Assembly: GCF_025526975.1 (NCBI RefSeq)
Contig: NW_026515689.1
Coordinates: forward strand, 248,001 to 312,000
Direction of reading: 5' to 3'
DNA length: 64,000 nucleotides
DNA from: Fimicolochytrium jonesii
Lineage: Eukaryota
Shown: positions 33,207 to 45,549 of the stretch, piece after piece
Position numbering within the stretch: position 1 is the stretch's first letter
Layout of the letters: each line of letters opens with the position of its first letter
Position numbers and translations under genes: made by a program
Notes under the pieces: generated by a model
Database searches by the model: none
Seen by the model: the letters and a program-made list of their open reading frames with translations, nothing else
What the model was told of the DNA's origin: nothing

Positions 33207-36200
33207 CATTGAAACCTTAGCTGATATAGGTCTATTTGAGAGGTCATTAAGACTAATTTGCCGATGACAGAGAGAGCTGGGCGCCCAGAGGGCAATGTTG
33301 TGATGCAGAAGACAGTACTGTAGCTAGGATAGTGTGAGAGAAAGATGTGTATCGAAGAGGATAAAGTGAAGGGAGGAGATGGGCAACATGTCCGCCTTTT
33401 AAAGGATTCTGGGGCTACTCTCCTGTGGATCTAGTTATGTGCTGGGGCATCCAACACACCCTCTGAGACCCCCTCAAGATGCCCAAGGCGTCTCTGAGGC
33501 GCCGCAGTTAAAGTTGGTAAGGTTGGTAGGTTTTGCCAAATCTGTGTACCCTGCTGATGTCCCATGAGCCTCTGCAAAGTCCGCGGAGTGCCCAGAGAGT
33601 GGTGTAGCCCATCACAAGCCCAATTTAGCTACGACAACCCAATCACAGGTCCATACAGTCACAACTGACCGCAATGAGCTCTAAGGACATCAGGAAAGGG
33701 CAGTTCTGACACCTGGATCTCTGGTAAACGTTCCAGACATCTTCAAAGCCTTCCAAGAAGCATCCTAAGTTTTGAAGAGCCTTCCAAGTGCTGAATCTCG
33801 ATGCCATCCCCATACTCCCTCTCGCTTGAAGGCTCTGCAGCCTCCGAGTGCATCCGAGTTCGCAGACATGTGAAGTCTGGCATGGGTAGGGGTTTGGTGA
33901 GCACATCAGCCAGCATCTCTTTTGTTGGGGGCTTGTTTAAGACCATAGAGTGTCTTCTGGAGTTTAAGCACGAGATGCTCTTCTCCTGGCTTAAAGTAGC
34001 CTGGTGGCTGCTTCACATAGATCTCCTCACTGAGTGTCGGGTTCAGGAATGCGGTGGACACGTCCATTTGGTCCATTTCGAGGTCCTGAGCTGCTCCCCA
34101 CGACAGGAGTAGCCGAATGGTGTCAAACTTGGCCACTGGTGCGAATGTTTCGTTGTACTCAACTCCCTCTTCTTGTGAGAAGCCTTGGGCGACTAGTCTG
34201 GCCTTGTAGTATTCGATACTGCCATCAGCATTCGTCTTGATCTTGTAAATCCACTTGCAGCCAACAAGGTTGCGATCTTTGGGTGCTGGACAGAGCTCCC
34301 AGGTGCCATTCTTGACGAGGGATGCGTATTCAGCATCCATGGCTTCCTTCCACTTGGCTGAGTCGTTCGAGTTTGAAGCTTGCTTGAGGGTTTTGGGCTC
34401 TGTGTGCAGTACTCCGGTAGCCAGGGCATATGCAAGGTTGCTTTGGCATATTCGAGTGCTCTGGGCGCGTGTGATGCGTCCGTAGTGTACCAAGTCATCA
34501 TCTTCCTGGTCTTCCTGGTTGTCTAGGTCCTCTGGGGCCTCTGCCCATTGATCAGTGTCAGGTTGTGGGTTGGGAGATGCGTCAGGGAGCTCAGAATCCC
34601 CCCCTGCAGCGTGCGGGCGTAATTCGGTGGTGTCTGTGGGCTTGAGGGCGTGTGAAACGATGTTGTCAGGCTCAGGTTCGAATTCAAAGCTCGCTAAGCT
34701 GTCATAGGAGCGATCTGCCGTGTCTTCATGTTTATCTTCGTTGTCCAGGCTGTTGTAGAACTTGTTTTCATTGAACTGGACGTCTCTTGATTCGATAATG
34801 GCGCCCTGATCATCGGGTTCGAGTGACTGGAGCCTCCAGGCTTTGCTGGAAGAGCTATAGCCGAGAAAGAGGCACTTCTTGGCTTTGTTGTCCAGTTTTC
34901 CTCGGTTTTTCTTGAGTACCATAGCGTAGGCTATCCATCCAAACACTCTGAGATGAAGGAGGATGGGTTTGCGACCGAAGAAGGCTTCGTATGGCGTCTT
35001 GGAGTTGTCTAGGGCAACCGTAGGGCAGCGATTTCTAATGTGGACAGCTGCAAGCAGCGCTTCTCCCCAGTACTCGTGTCCAAGACCAGCCTGGGTGAGT
35101 AGGCAGCGTGCCATTTCGACTAGAGTTCGATTCATAAGTTCCGCTACTCCATTCTGCTGTGGGGTGTCGGTAGCAGCGCGCTGATGTTGGATTCCAGCCT
35201 TTCTGAGTGCGAGGGCGAACTGGAGGGATTTGTATTCGCCTCCTTTGTCTGATCTGAGGACTTTGATGGATTTCCCAGTCTGTTTCTCCATAAGTGCCTT
35301 GTATTCCTCCCATGCATCAAAGGTATCGCTTTTCTTGCGTAGGAGCTTGACCCAGACGATTCTGGACTTGTCATCAATCCATGATGCGAAGTAAGTACAT
35401 CCCCCAAAGGTAGACGTCCTCATGGGGCCACGGAGGTCAGTGTGGACGAGTGCCAGGACATCTGTGGCTCGGGTAGCTTGTTTCTTCGGGAAGGGAGCTC
35501 TTGACTGCTTGGAGAGCGTGCAGACTTCGCAGATGTGGCCATCAGGATGTCCGGTGACTCTGATGTCATGTTGGTAGCCGTTGGTGAGCTTCTGGACGTC
35601 TTGGGCATTCAGATGACAGAGTCTCTGATGCCAGATATGAAAGGGTGTGCTACGAAGTGCTCCTGCTGAGTAGGCGTGTTCAGGGATAGCCTGGGCTGTC
35701 ATGGTGTACAAACCGTTCTCCTTGAGAGCTCTGAAGGCGAGAGCACCGTCCCTGGTCTTGATTGTGCAGTCTGCACTCGAGAACTCGACTTGTGCTCCAT
35801 TCTCAGTCAGCTGGGCTACTGAGATGAGGTTCTTTTCCAGTTTGGGAACCAACCAGACGTTTCGAAGGGTGCCAGCGTGCTCCCCTTGTGTTCTAATCGA
35901 GATGGAGCCTGTTCCGATGGCTAGGACTGACCGGTTATCAGCTAGCTGGACTTGGATCTCAGTTTCCACCGTCTTGTAGTCCTGGAGCCATTCCCTGACG
36001 TGTGTCATGTGTGAGGAGGCTCCTGAGTCGATAATCCAGCACCCTGGGCTAATTTCCGTGCGTTTCATAGCTGCCATGAAGAGGAACCCGGTTCCCTGGC
36101 TGGCCTGCTGTGGTTCGGCTTGATTTGCATTGTTGGCTTGAGCTAGCTCTCGTTTGAGCTTCTTGCACTCGTTCTTTCAGTGCCCTTCAATACCACAGTG

Positions 36201-37030
36201 ATGGCACTTTCCCTTCTTCCTGGCGAACCTGGCTGAACCCCCAGCCTCCTGCTGGTGTCCCCCGTCCCCAACGAAGGCGTTTCCAGTCAATCTGACTGGT
36301 TTCGAGTTATCCTTGCGCCTAGCTTCTTCATTCAGAAGTCTGGCCGTCAAGAACTCCATGTCTAAGTCGTCTGCCCTGCTTTCGAGGCTCGTGATGACTT
36401 GTTCGTTCCTGTTTGGTAAGCTGTATATCAAGGTCGTCGTGATATCGTCTTCGGGTACTGGTGCGCCGATAGCCTCCAGCTGTTGTGCTAGCTGTCTGAC
36501 TTTGTTCATGTGGTTTGTGATCAAGTCTGATTCGTTCATAGTGATGGTAAGGCACTTTCAACGTAGGAAGAGCTTGCTAGTGAGACCCTTTCATTCTGCA
36601 CCTTGGCTAGCTTAGGCCAGGCTTCCCAAGCCTTCTGAGCTGTATACATGTGCATATGCTGAGTGTCCTTCAGACTAAGGTAGATGTATGCGAAAGCCCC
36701 TTCATCCTTCCTTTCCATCGATTCCTCCTCGTCCTCCCCTGCCCCCTTTCCTTTCGATGTGCTTTCCGTAGCAGTACTCCCTTCCTTCTCCTTCTTTCCA
36801 GCCTCCACCGCTACCCAAAGTCCCTTCGCCTTCAGCATCATGTTTATCCTCAACTTCCACAGGTGGTAGTCCTCTACCTTGAAGTTATTCACCATATGTT
36901 TCAAAGTCTCTGAGTCTCCAGCGATTGTGCGTGTGATGTTGAGCTAGATTCGTCTATTTTCGGGTGTGGGGACGTGTTCCTGATGATGTTGTATTGTTGG
37001 GCGTGTTTTGGATGTCGACTAACGCGCATC
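33207..37030 (-). mobile_element. Copia C1 near-complete element: gag-PR-IN-partial RT, deletion into the RNase H tail, 3' LTR 33207-33814; 5' LTR missing
   Basis: WHQRLCH, CEVC, VHTDLRGP, LRSDKGGEY, QQNGVAE, LYGLKQAP jumping to TKEMLADVLTK; PPT GAGAGGGAG. Confidence 0.93.
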
Positions 37031-38000
37031 TCAACGAAATGAGCACTTTGGCGCATTTTTGGTCGAAAATTGGTCATTTTGGAAGGACATATGGAGGATG
37101 GGGCGTAAGTAGCGCTCGTACGGGCGAGCAGCTAGGGGCGTAGGCTGGGTCGCAAGTAAGAAAGTCCGCAACGTGGTTGATAGGGCCCAGCAGGTACTTG
37201 ATGCGGAAGTCAAACTGCTGCAGGTATTCTACCCGGCCGGCTTGTCGTTTGGGTGGGGCTAGTCCTGGAGGTAAATTGGGGATTTGTGATCGACGAACGC
37301 TCGGAATTCCCGATTGACAAGGTGGTGGCAAAAGGACCTGATGGTCTTCTCGAGGGTGAGAAACTCCTGCTCATGTATGATGCATCGGTTTTCCACAGGA
37401 AGTAATACGAGATGACGTGAAGCTTGGGTAGGTTTTCTAACCGGTCTTCATCATGGGGAGTGGGTATGGGTACGGGAAGTTGCCATTTTGACGTCGGCGA
37501 GCCAACCACCGTAGGCAAAACCCGACGCATCGGTGACTAGGTAGGGGGTGAGGCCGGAGTTGAAAAAGCGTGAGGACTGGGGCCATTGCGCATTACTACT
37601 TGATCATGTTGAAGGCCAGGGTTTCCGCCGCACCCCATTCCCAGTTGACCTTCCCAGATTGCAGGCAAGTGAGGGGTAGGGCGAGGTCAGCATAGCTGGG
37701 GATGTATTCCTTGATGCACTTGACCAGGCCCATGAAGCAGAGCAGTTCAAATGCCATTGTAGGCATGGTGCGTTCCCGAGCTGCAGCGGCCTTTGAGGGT
37801 GCAGTCCGAATGGCATCCCAGCTGACCATATGCCCGCAATATTTGACCTCTGGCACAGCCCATTGGCACTTGGATGGTTTCACATGCACGGAGTGCAGCG
37901 TGAGGGTCTGGAGGACCTCATCGGCATGCTGCTTGTGAGATTTGAGGTCCACACTGAAAATGAGGATGTGATCAAGGGATGAGACCAGGTACATATGATA

Positions 38001-39272
38001 CAGTACACGACAAAAGTTTTCGGAACGCGCGTTGGGTCTACGTAACACCCCCCCCCCCCCCCCAAAACTTTAAAACCCCACCCCCCCGGGGCCCCCTTTG
38101 GTCTGCACGCTCGTCATGGCTCCGCACACCACTGAACTGCAACGCCACGCTGTTTTGACACACCGCAAGAGTGGCATGCCCCTCCGGGACATTGCCGAGC
38201 TTGAGAACATCCCAATTTCTACCATCTCCGATATCATCCGCCGTTTCAATACCCGTGGCACTGCCGCTGACCAGCAACGCAGCGGACGCCCTCGGAAGAT
38301 CTCTGAGAACGACTCTCGTTATCTGCGCCGGCTCACAACACTCAACACGGACGCACGACGGACCCCGTTGGGTCAGATCACTCAGCAGTTCAACCGAGGG
38401 CGTGATGATCCAGTCAGTTCCCATACAATTCAACGCCGGTTGAGTGACTTAGGACTTCAGCGGTCTTTTGCGATCACAAAGCCTCGTCTGCTGCCCCATC
38501 ATAAGCGGAATCGGCTCGCATTTGCTAGAGCATATTGCGACTGGCACGTCATGGATTGGGCAAAGGTTGTGTGGACAGACGAAACGTCGTGGGAGCTTGG
38601 ACACGAGAGCCGAATTCGAGTCTGGCGTCGCCCTGGAGAACGTCTTCATGAAGACTGTGTTCAGGCACACCCTCCACGTGGACGTTTGATCATGTTTTGG
38701 GGATGTTTCATCGGCGACCGCGTCGGCCCTTTTGTTAGCTACCGTGGACGCCTTAATGCGGAGGCCTACACGCAAATCTTGCAAACCCACTTCCTTCCCT
38801 TCATCGAGAGGGTCCCCGAGGATGAGCCCGAGCTTGCAAACTGGATCTTTCAGCAGGATAACTCCCCCGTTCACACCGCGCGAAGATCGAAGGAGTTTTT
38901 TGACGAAAACTTCATTCCTTGCATGGAAATGGCCTGCATATAGTCCCGATTTGAATCCCATCAAGAATCTCTGGGCTATTCTGAAGAATCGAGTCGAAAA
39001 ACAGCGCCCAAGCACTCTCGATGAGCTTGAACGGATGGCGACGGAGGAATGGGCACGTTTGGACCCTGCGATGATTTTTTCACTTGCTGACAGCATGCAG
39101 CGGCGTATGCAGCAGGTTATTAATCCAAAAGGCGGCAGCATTGACTACTGAACCATCCCCGATAATAGTGCCGAATAGGTTGTATAAGTATGTTTTCATG
39201 TATTGTATGAAAATATACCCTTGCCGCATATAAAACCACGCGAAAATTCCGAAAACTTTTGTCGTGGTACTG
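38001..39272 (+). mobile_element. Tc1/mariner DNA transposon (DD34E type) with ~25-bp TIRs and TA target duplication
   Basis: TIR CAGTA(C)CACGACAAAAGTTTTCGGAA at both ends; TA at 37999-38000 and 39273-39274. Confidence 0.95.
38116..39151 (+). pseudogene. Tc1 transposase with a +1 frameshift near 38928 and catalytic E to K
   Basis: HTH, RSGRPRK, WTDET, FQQDNSPVH, then WPAYSPDLNPIKNLW in the next frame. Confidence 0.9.
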
Positions 39273-39866
39273 TATATGTCGCCAAGAAGTTTCTTTGTTA
39301 AGCGTTGGAATGTTGCAGTTGCCTTGGTCAGTCCGAATGGCATCATGTTGTATTTGAAATGCCTGAAGCAAGTGCAGAACGCAGTTTTTTTGTGATCTTC
39401 CTTGCGGATCATCCGGCAGTGGTATGCATCCTGAATGGCAATGCCGGTGAAGGCAGTCGCGCAGCTCCTGGACGTTGGAATGGGGGGTTGCATCCTTATG
39501 GGTCATCTTGTTCAGGGCATGGTAGTCGATGCAGCAGTCGTACACCACCATCCTTCTTGGGGGTAAAAAGCACCGGGGTGCCCCATGGGCTGAGGCGTGT
39601 GAGCTGTTTCCAGGGCTCATTGAGTTCATCAGGACCGAGGTGTCGGAGGGGCTGCATCACAGGTTTCGACCCTGGCTCAAGGTTGATTGGAAAGTTATCT
39701 CCACCGCTAGCGGGGTGCATGCCCTTTTGGTCCTTAAAGAGTGTATGCTTAAATTTCTTAAGTATTGGTCTGAAAGGGTGATCCGTAGCGAGGGATGCGA
39801 GTGGGTCTTCTGCCGCTCAGGTAATGCCTCCTTGTTCTGGCACCAATGTTCGAGGATTGCATGGTT

Positions 39867-40081
39867 TGTCGGGGATATCTCATACTTGTATTTCATATTA
39901 TACTTCTTTCCTTTTACACGATCCGAGACTCGGGCTGGCCACCCAAGCTCTCGGTGATACATTACCTAAGGCTCCAAGCCTCATTGAAGCCGTGCAAGCC
40001 TCACTGGCAGCCGATATATAAAGCTGTCAGTCGAGCGGCCGCTGCGGATGACTTCTTACTTTTTTTCTTCACTCCAATACA
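39867..40081 (+). repeat. Solo LTR-like family A (215 bp)
   Basis: TGTCGG...AATACA, internal TATATAAA, flanks TGGTT/TCGTT (4 of 5 match as TSD). Confidence 0.6.
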
Positions 40082-40138
40082 TCGTTTCCAGCCCTCTCGG
40101 AAGGGCCCATTATCGTCCCAGTTTCCTCTGACGTTACA

Positions 40139-42192
40139 GATATGCTTTCTCGCAATCCAATCTATGCACCTTGTTGTGTAGATTGTCCACGTCGCCTCAA
40201 CATGCATACGCAAATCAGCAACATGCTTGCTGGTGACACTTCCTCCAACGCTACGACAGACAATCCCCAAAGCTCACCTACCTACTCTGAAGCAGAATGG
40301 AGAAAAGCGCTACGGGAAGATCCATATGTGGATTACCTTGATGAAATTTCTCGGAAACCTCAACACGAGAAAACTTGTAGAGAATTTTGCTACGCCTTTG
40401 AAAGTGGAATAGTACGACATGAAGGACGCTTATAACATTGGAACTTGCAAATCCTGTCAACAATTCAAACCTGGTCATCATCAATACGGATTTCTTTGAC
40501 CTCTTCCTATTCCATAAGGAAGATGGCATACGGTCGGATTTGATATTTTTGAAGTTGGAAGAACTGCAGATCAGCTTAATGCTTGTCTTGCCTGCATCGT
40601 TATCTCTCCAGACGTGTGATCCTAACACCACTCAAGAAATGTTGGAGGTATCATCCTCTCGAGTTCCTGTAGTTTATTTCCTCACGTGATCCCACTCCCG
40701 CTTACGCCATGCTTCCGCATACGTGACTTCACCCTTTTCTTACTTCACCGGACCTCGCGTCCTCCTTCCTGTTTTAAGACAAGACTGTATAACTTCATAA
40801 AATATAGGGCTTTGCCTTGCCTACATGGGGTTCTGATCGCTATCTACATTCCTTTGCCAGCTACCGCTAACTAGTAGACTATCACTGGACGCAAATTAGC
40901 TCAAGTTTTCTTAGATTGTGTATGGAAACATGTCCGTATGCCAAAAGTCTTTGTTACTGATTGTGAACGTTGCGCACTCTCCGACTTCTTCCTCGCATTT
41001 GATATTCTCCTTGGTGTCAAACACGAATTTGCTACCCCTCGACATCAACAGACCGACGGTAAAGTTGAGGGAGCCATCCAAACCCTCAAAACGATTTGGA
41101 AGCAATATCTCACAAAACCAATAGACAAAACCAATTGGGTCAAGCTATTGCCCTTAGTCAAATTCGCTTACAATACCGCTCCAAGGGAGGAATATGAAGG
41201 TTTATCGCCATTCAAAGTAGATCTTGGACGTTCTCCAATCCTACCGGATTGGAATCCCACTCTCAAAGGACAAGAACTCAAACTTTGAGCTGTTGATTGG
41301 AACGAAATCGAACTCTACAAGAAAGGGCAGGAAGACATCACCTGCATCGTGCGCGAAAACCTTCAGAGTGCACAAGACCAATTTGCACGTCAACACAACA
41401 AAGGTGTTGTATCCATCCTTTTTCGAGCATAACAGTGATTTGTTTCCTGAGCTCATGAAGGTTTATCGCCATTCGAAGTAGATCTCGGACGTTCTCCCAA
41501 GGTTGAACGCCAATTGCCTATAAAATCAGTGATCTTGTTGATTTAAATCGACAAGGTATCAACCTAGAAATCAACAAACAAAGAGGGCTTTGATTCTCAG
41601 CTACATGGATCGGACCATTCAAAATTATCGCACTCGGAACACATCCGGATACCTACAAACTCGATTTATCGCCATCGAAGATCAGCGGCATCTGGCCTAT
41701 CTTTCATGTCGGTATTTTCTCGCCACATCGCAAAGAAGAGTACCTGCGACGTGTTGTTCCACAGCCTCCTGAACCAATTGAAGTACGCGGACAACCTTTT
41801 TGGGTTGTGGAAGATATCATCGACGAACGACACGCCGTACAAAACTTTCTAGTCAAATGGACGGGATATCCTGACCCTACATGGGAACCCAAATCCGCAC
41901 TTTGTCAAACGCCTGCCTACCGACAATGGCGTAGAGCACACCCACGCTCGTTGGTCTTACGGAAACAAACAGCATAAACGCACCAGACCAGCGCGACGAC
42001 ACAAGAACCGATCATCTCATATCACATCACACGCGCAACGCCGCAAGAACCGCTCACTATCAATCACACCGCTCCCAATAGCAAAGTAAACTACATCACA
42101 TCACATGTGGCCTCGCCAGAACCGACCTGACACACATCACACACAACGTCCGCTTAGGGACGCCTTGTGTAACGCCAGAGGAAACGTGGACG
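40139..42192 (+). mobile_element. Degenerate gypsy chromovirus G3 3' end (integrase, chromodomain, LTR stub 42168-42192)
   Basis: LSRNPIYAP, HQQTDGKVEG, WVKLLPLVKFAYN, WIGPF, FWVVEDIIDER...FLVKWTGYPDPTWEP. Confidence 0.85.
40640..40872 (+). repeat. Copia C2 solo LTR inserted in the G3 integrase
   Basis: Homologous to 20491-20737; removing it plus 5 bp restores ILTPLKK-TITGRKLAQVF. Confidence 0.8.
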
Positions 42193-43371
42193 TAAGAGTT
42201 TCCCATTTCCTGTTTGTGGAACGTGTCTTGATGGTAAACTCGTCCGTGCCTTGCGTGAATTTAAGTGCGGGGAAGTCATCGTCGGTCCAGAGTTTCGCGA
42301 TGTTGAGTGCGAGGATAAAGGGTAGGCCAAGGATGATATCCACACAGATGGGGGCGATAACGAAGGGTACGTTTTCCTTGACATAGGAGGTTTTCCCTTG
42401 GGTGAAGACCGAGAGCTGGCCGGCGACCATCCGGCTGGCTCCGTGCTTCCCAGTCTTATCGCCCCAGCGTACTTCGAGTTTGGTTCTAGGTGCATACGAT
42501 TCGAACCTGTGGCGGTCGACCCACGTATCGCTAATAATTACAGTGTTGCATCCGATGTCGATCAGGATTCAAGCGCACTTCCCCTTGAACTTGCCGTGGA
42601 CCATAAAAGTGTTGGCTGAGATCCGTGGTCCAGGGTGATCGTCTGGGATATGGTCCTGCAGTCGTGGTGGGAAGTTTGAGATGTTGCAGGCGGTCAACTT
42701 CAAACCCGAAAATCTGCGCTTCGGACGGTGCTGCAATCACTTTGGTCGCCGTCGCCGTTCCCCATCATCTCGCCATCTTCGTGGAGCTCAGCCTCAACCA
42801 TGTCGATAGCCGGGCCCGGGCCTTTTGTTGTTCTTTTCCAGAGGGCACTGGGGTGTGTAGTGGTCCGAGGCGCCGCATAGCATCCAAAGGTTGTTATCGC
42901 GGCCATGTCTCTTCGGTTCCCATCGGTCGTGGTCATGGTCCCGATTCCCGATAGGGGTACAGTTAGCGCTATTGCCGCTTAACTTCTGGCGCTTGGCTAC
43001 ATACGTCGCCGTGGCTGAGGCCTGTCAGAGAGGCCATCGGGGGTAACACCTGCGACGTCGTTGGCATAGCCCCATGCGTTGTAGATGGCACAGGCCTGGA
43101 CCTGGAGGTCATTGATCGTGAGCTCCCTGCCCTCGCTATTGGCGCGGGCGATTTGTTCGAATAAGTAGTTCGCCACGACCCTGCCGACTATATAGGTTTT
43201 GAGGCCATTGCAAAAGTACACCCTTTGCTGTCTGGGGGTCAGGGCCGCCTCTTTCGCATCCACCGTGGCGATCTGGGCGAGGAGAGTGTTGTAGTTTGCG
43301 ATGTATGTGGCCAAACTATTCGTGTAGGTCAGGGCTTTGAGCCGGGCCTCGATCAGATTTTGAAGGTTCGC
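42193..43371 (-). mobile_element. Degenerate gypsy gag-protease fragment
   Basis: YIANYNTL...YFCNGLK gag; ILIDIGC...VDIILGLPF protease. Confidence 0.8.
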
Positions 43372-43995
43372 TGTGCTGTGGACTACCTTCAACACGGGTT
43401 GTTAACTGATGTCGTATACGATAACTACGTTGCTGTAAGGTATTGGAGATGGACTGGGTGATCGCCGACGCTGCTATTCGGTATGCAGTAAAAGAGGAAC
43501 TGCTTGTTCGATAGGAACGCGCGGGAGCACTGTTAAAGTACTGTACCCGTGAGGCTGGAGTCCACTGGAGACACATGCTCAGACCGTCAGACGTCTCACA
43601 GGCGCGTGGTTCCCCAACCGGACAACCCACATTACCCCCCCCCCCCCCCCCCCCAGATTCTACGGTGCGAACCTACTCCAGCAAAGCAAAGTAGAATATG
43701 AAGGTGTCCGGGATCGCACACCAGCGCAATCCTCAATGGTCCTCACGGTGGACATGTCCCGGTCCTCATGGTGGAACATGTTCCGGTCCTTATAGCGGAA
43801 CATGTTGCGACCTCGGACGTCAGGATAGTATGTCATTCACCTGGAGAGACCGTCGTGGGTCTTGCAAACCATTTGATCCTATGGTAATTGCTGTCCACGC
43901 TGCCTGCTACCGGCAGTGCGCGTCCCAGCTGTGAATGCAACGGGTGTGCTTCATATCCCACGTTGCCTAATACAAGTTGTCGGGAAATGGATGCA
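43372..43995 (-). mobile_element. 3' UTR, PPT and 3' LTR of a G1-related element inserted in the gag above
   Basis: Homologous to 25655-26370; long C-run PPT followed by AGATTCTAC. Confidence 0.85.
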
Positions 43996-43999
43996 TTGC

Positions 44000-44772
44000 A
44001 AACTCCGTAACTTGTACTACCCGTTAGAAAATGTATACGACGAAAACTATCGAGCTTCCCAGCAAAGCTTTGCAGCGTTCTTCGTCGAAAAAGTGTCTGA
44101 GGACAGACTTCTTCCGTTCATCCTGCGAGATATCGAATTGAGTCGAAGTCTTCATGTGCATGACGTAGAGGAAGATACGGATGAAGAGGAGCTGATGATG
44201 AGGGCAATGAGGACAAGGAAGAGAATGAGCGCGGGGAGGACGATCATTACGAAGCTGACGACAAGGTAGAAGAAGATGATAAGGAAGACGATGACAACTG
44301 GTGGCCTTAGATTCCGATGAGGACGACATGCATTCCGACAGGGACGCAGACTAGCCAAGCTATTATAAGATCCTCCCGTATCTGGCGTTCCATCCGAGCC
44401 TCCGCGCTAAAGTTTTCGACTACCTCAACAAGATCACTCAAGACCCGGAACTCGTCATGAAGGATTTTATCCCTTAGGACACCGATTACCCAATAGAACA
44501 ACATATTTAAAATACCAAGGTTAAAAGCGAACGACAAAGTGAGCGATGATGAAGTTCATAAGGATCAGAAAAGATGAACGCAATGCAACATCCTTTCCTC
44601 TCTCCAGCGTATTTTGCAGAATGTCAAGCGCAAAATGATGGATGTCCGCAAATGCGCGTCGGAACCGGTTTATGCCTGTTTTTTCCGGCGTATGGTATGC
44701 CAACTAGGCTGCAGATCAAGTTAGATCAGTCCCAAGTCGAGGAGCTGCTACGGATCCGTATACATATTGACT
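44000..44772 (+). pseudogene. Fragmented unknown coding relic with acidic tract at the island boundary
   Basis: Protein-like stretches (KLRNLYYPLENVYD..., YYKILPYLAFHPSLRAKVFDYL) broken by stops and frameshifts. Confidence 0.35.
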
Positions 44773-45549
44773 AATTAGGCACTCCTACCCACTATCCACC
44801 ATGTATAGAGCGTGCAGTGATTTTTTTCGTGTTCAATCTTAGGTCGTATCATTATTCCCCGAATGTTTTTCACATCTCCGCTTTGTATGATAGTTTCCTC
44901 TCTTCAAAGGGTACTTCTTGAGCAGGGTCGCATGTATGTACTGTATGTAGGGCCTGTCATTCGAACGGGGTAGATTGACATAAACGTAGTCGTGTCAGAG
45001 GGAAGGGGCGGTTGGGACCATTGCCGCATGCAGCCATTTAAAGTGATTCCTGTAATTTCGGACAGCTTAAATGATGATGCAGAAGCAAGGGGAAAAGGCA
45101 AGGGGTAAAATGGCCGCCAGTTCCGTAGAATTCGCGTAAGCAGGAACGCGTCGGACGCGTAAGACCCCGTCGCTCTGGACGAACCCCTTCCCTTCTTGCG
45201 CTTACTGCTGGGCTTGGTGAACGTGAAGCCTTTGCGTATTTATAGAGCCGAAAGATTCCGCGACGCTTTTCCGCGGTGCGGCTTTCCTTCGAAAATAGTT
45301 TCTAAGATCCGCCTTCTATGAGTGCAAAGGCAGGCCAACATCACATCGACACATTGTTCTACAGGCGATCTAAGACCACCCTTTCGCACGACAAAACCTT
45401 CCCTTATCCTCGAACTATTCGGTTTCCAACAGTCCGTGTGCGCGTGGAAGCACCAGAATCTTGCTTTCTTTCCTTGCTGCTTATCTACTCGGTATGTTGT
45501 GAATTGACTGTCAAATATGCATCGGTCTTCTCCCTGACTGTCCCAATAG

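Larger units (their letters stand above)
37080..39866 (-). mobile_element. Degenerate gypsy pol (family G2: RT and RNase H) interrupted by Tc1
   Basis: SPWGTPVLF, CIDYHALNK, MPFGLT, VKPSKCQW, YLQQFDFRIKY. Confidence 0.85.

Noticed and set aside
41450..41497. Duplication of ~41193-41236 within the G3 integrase
   Set aside because: Ordinary local decay rearrangement
13400..44800. Island as a single giant element (Starship, Polinton or endogenous virus)
   Set aside because: No tyrosine recombinase, polB, capsid, cargo genes or terminal repeats bounding the whole block were seen
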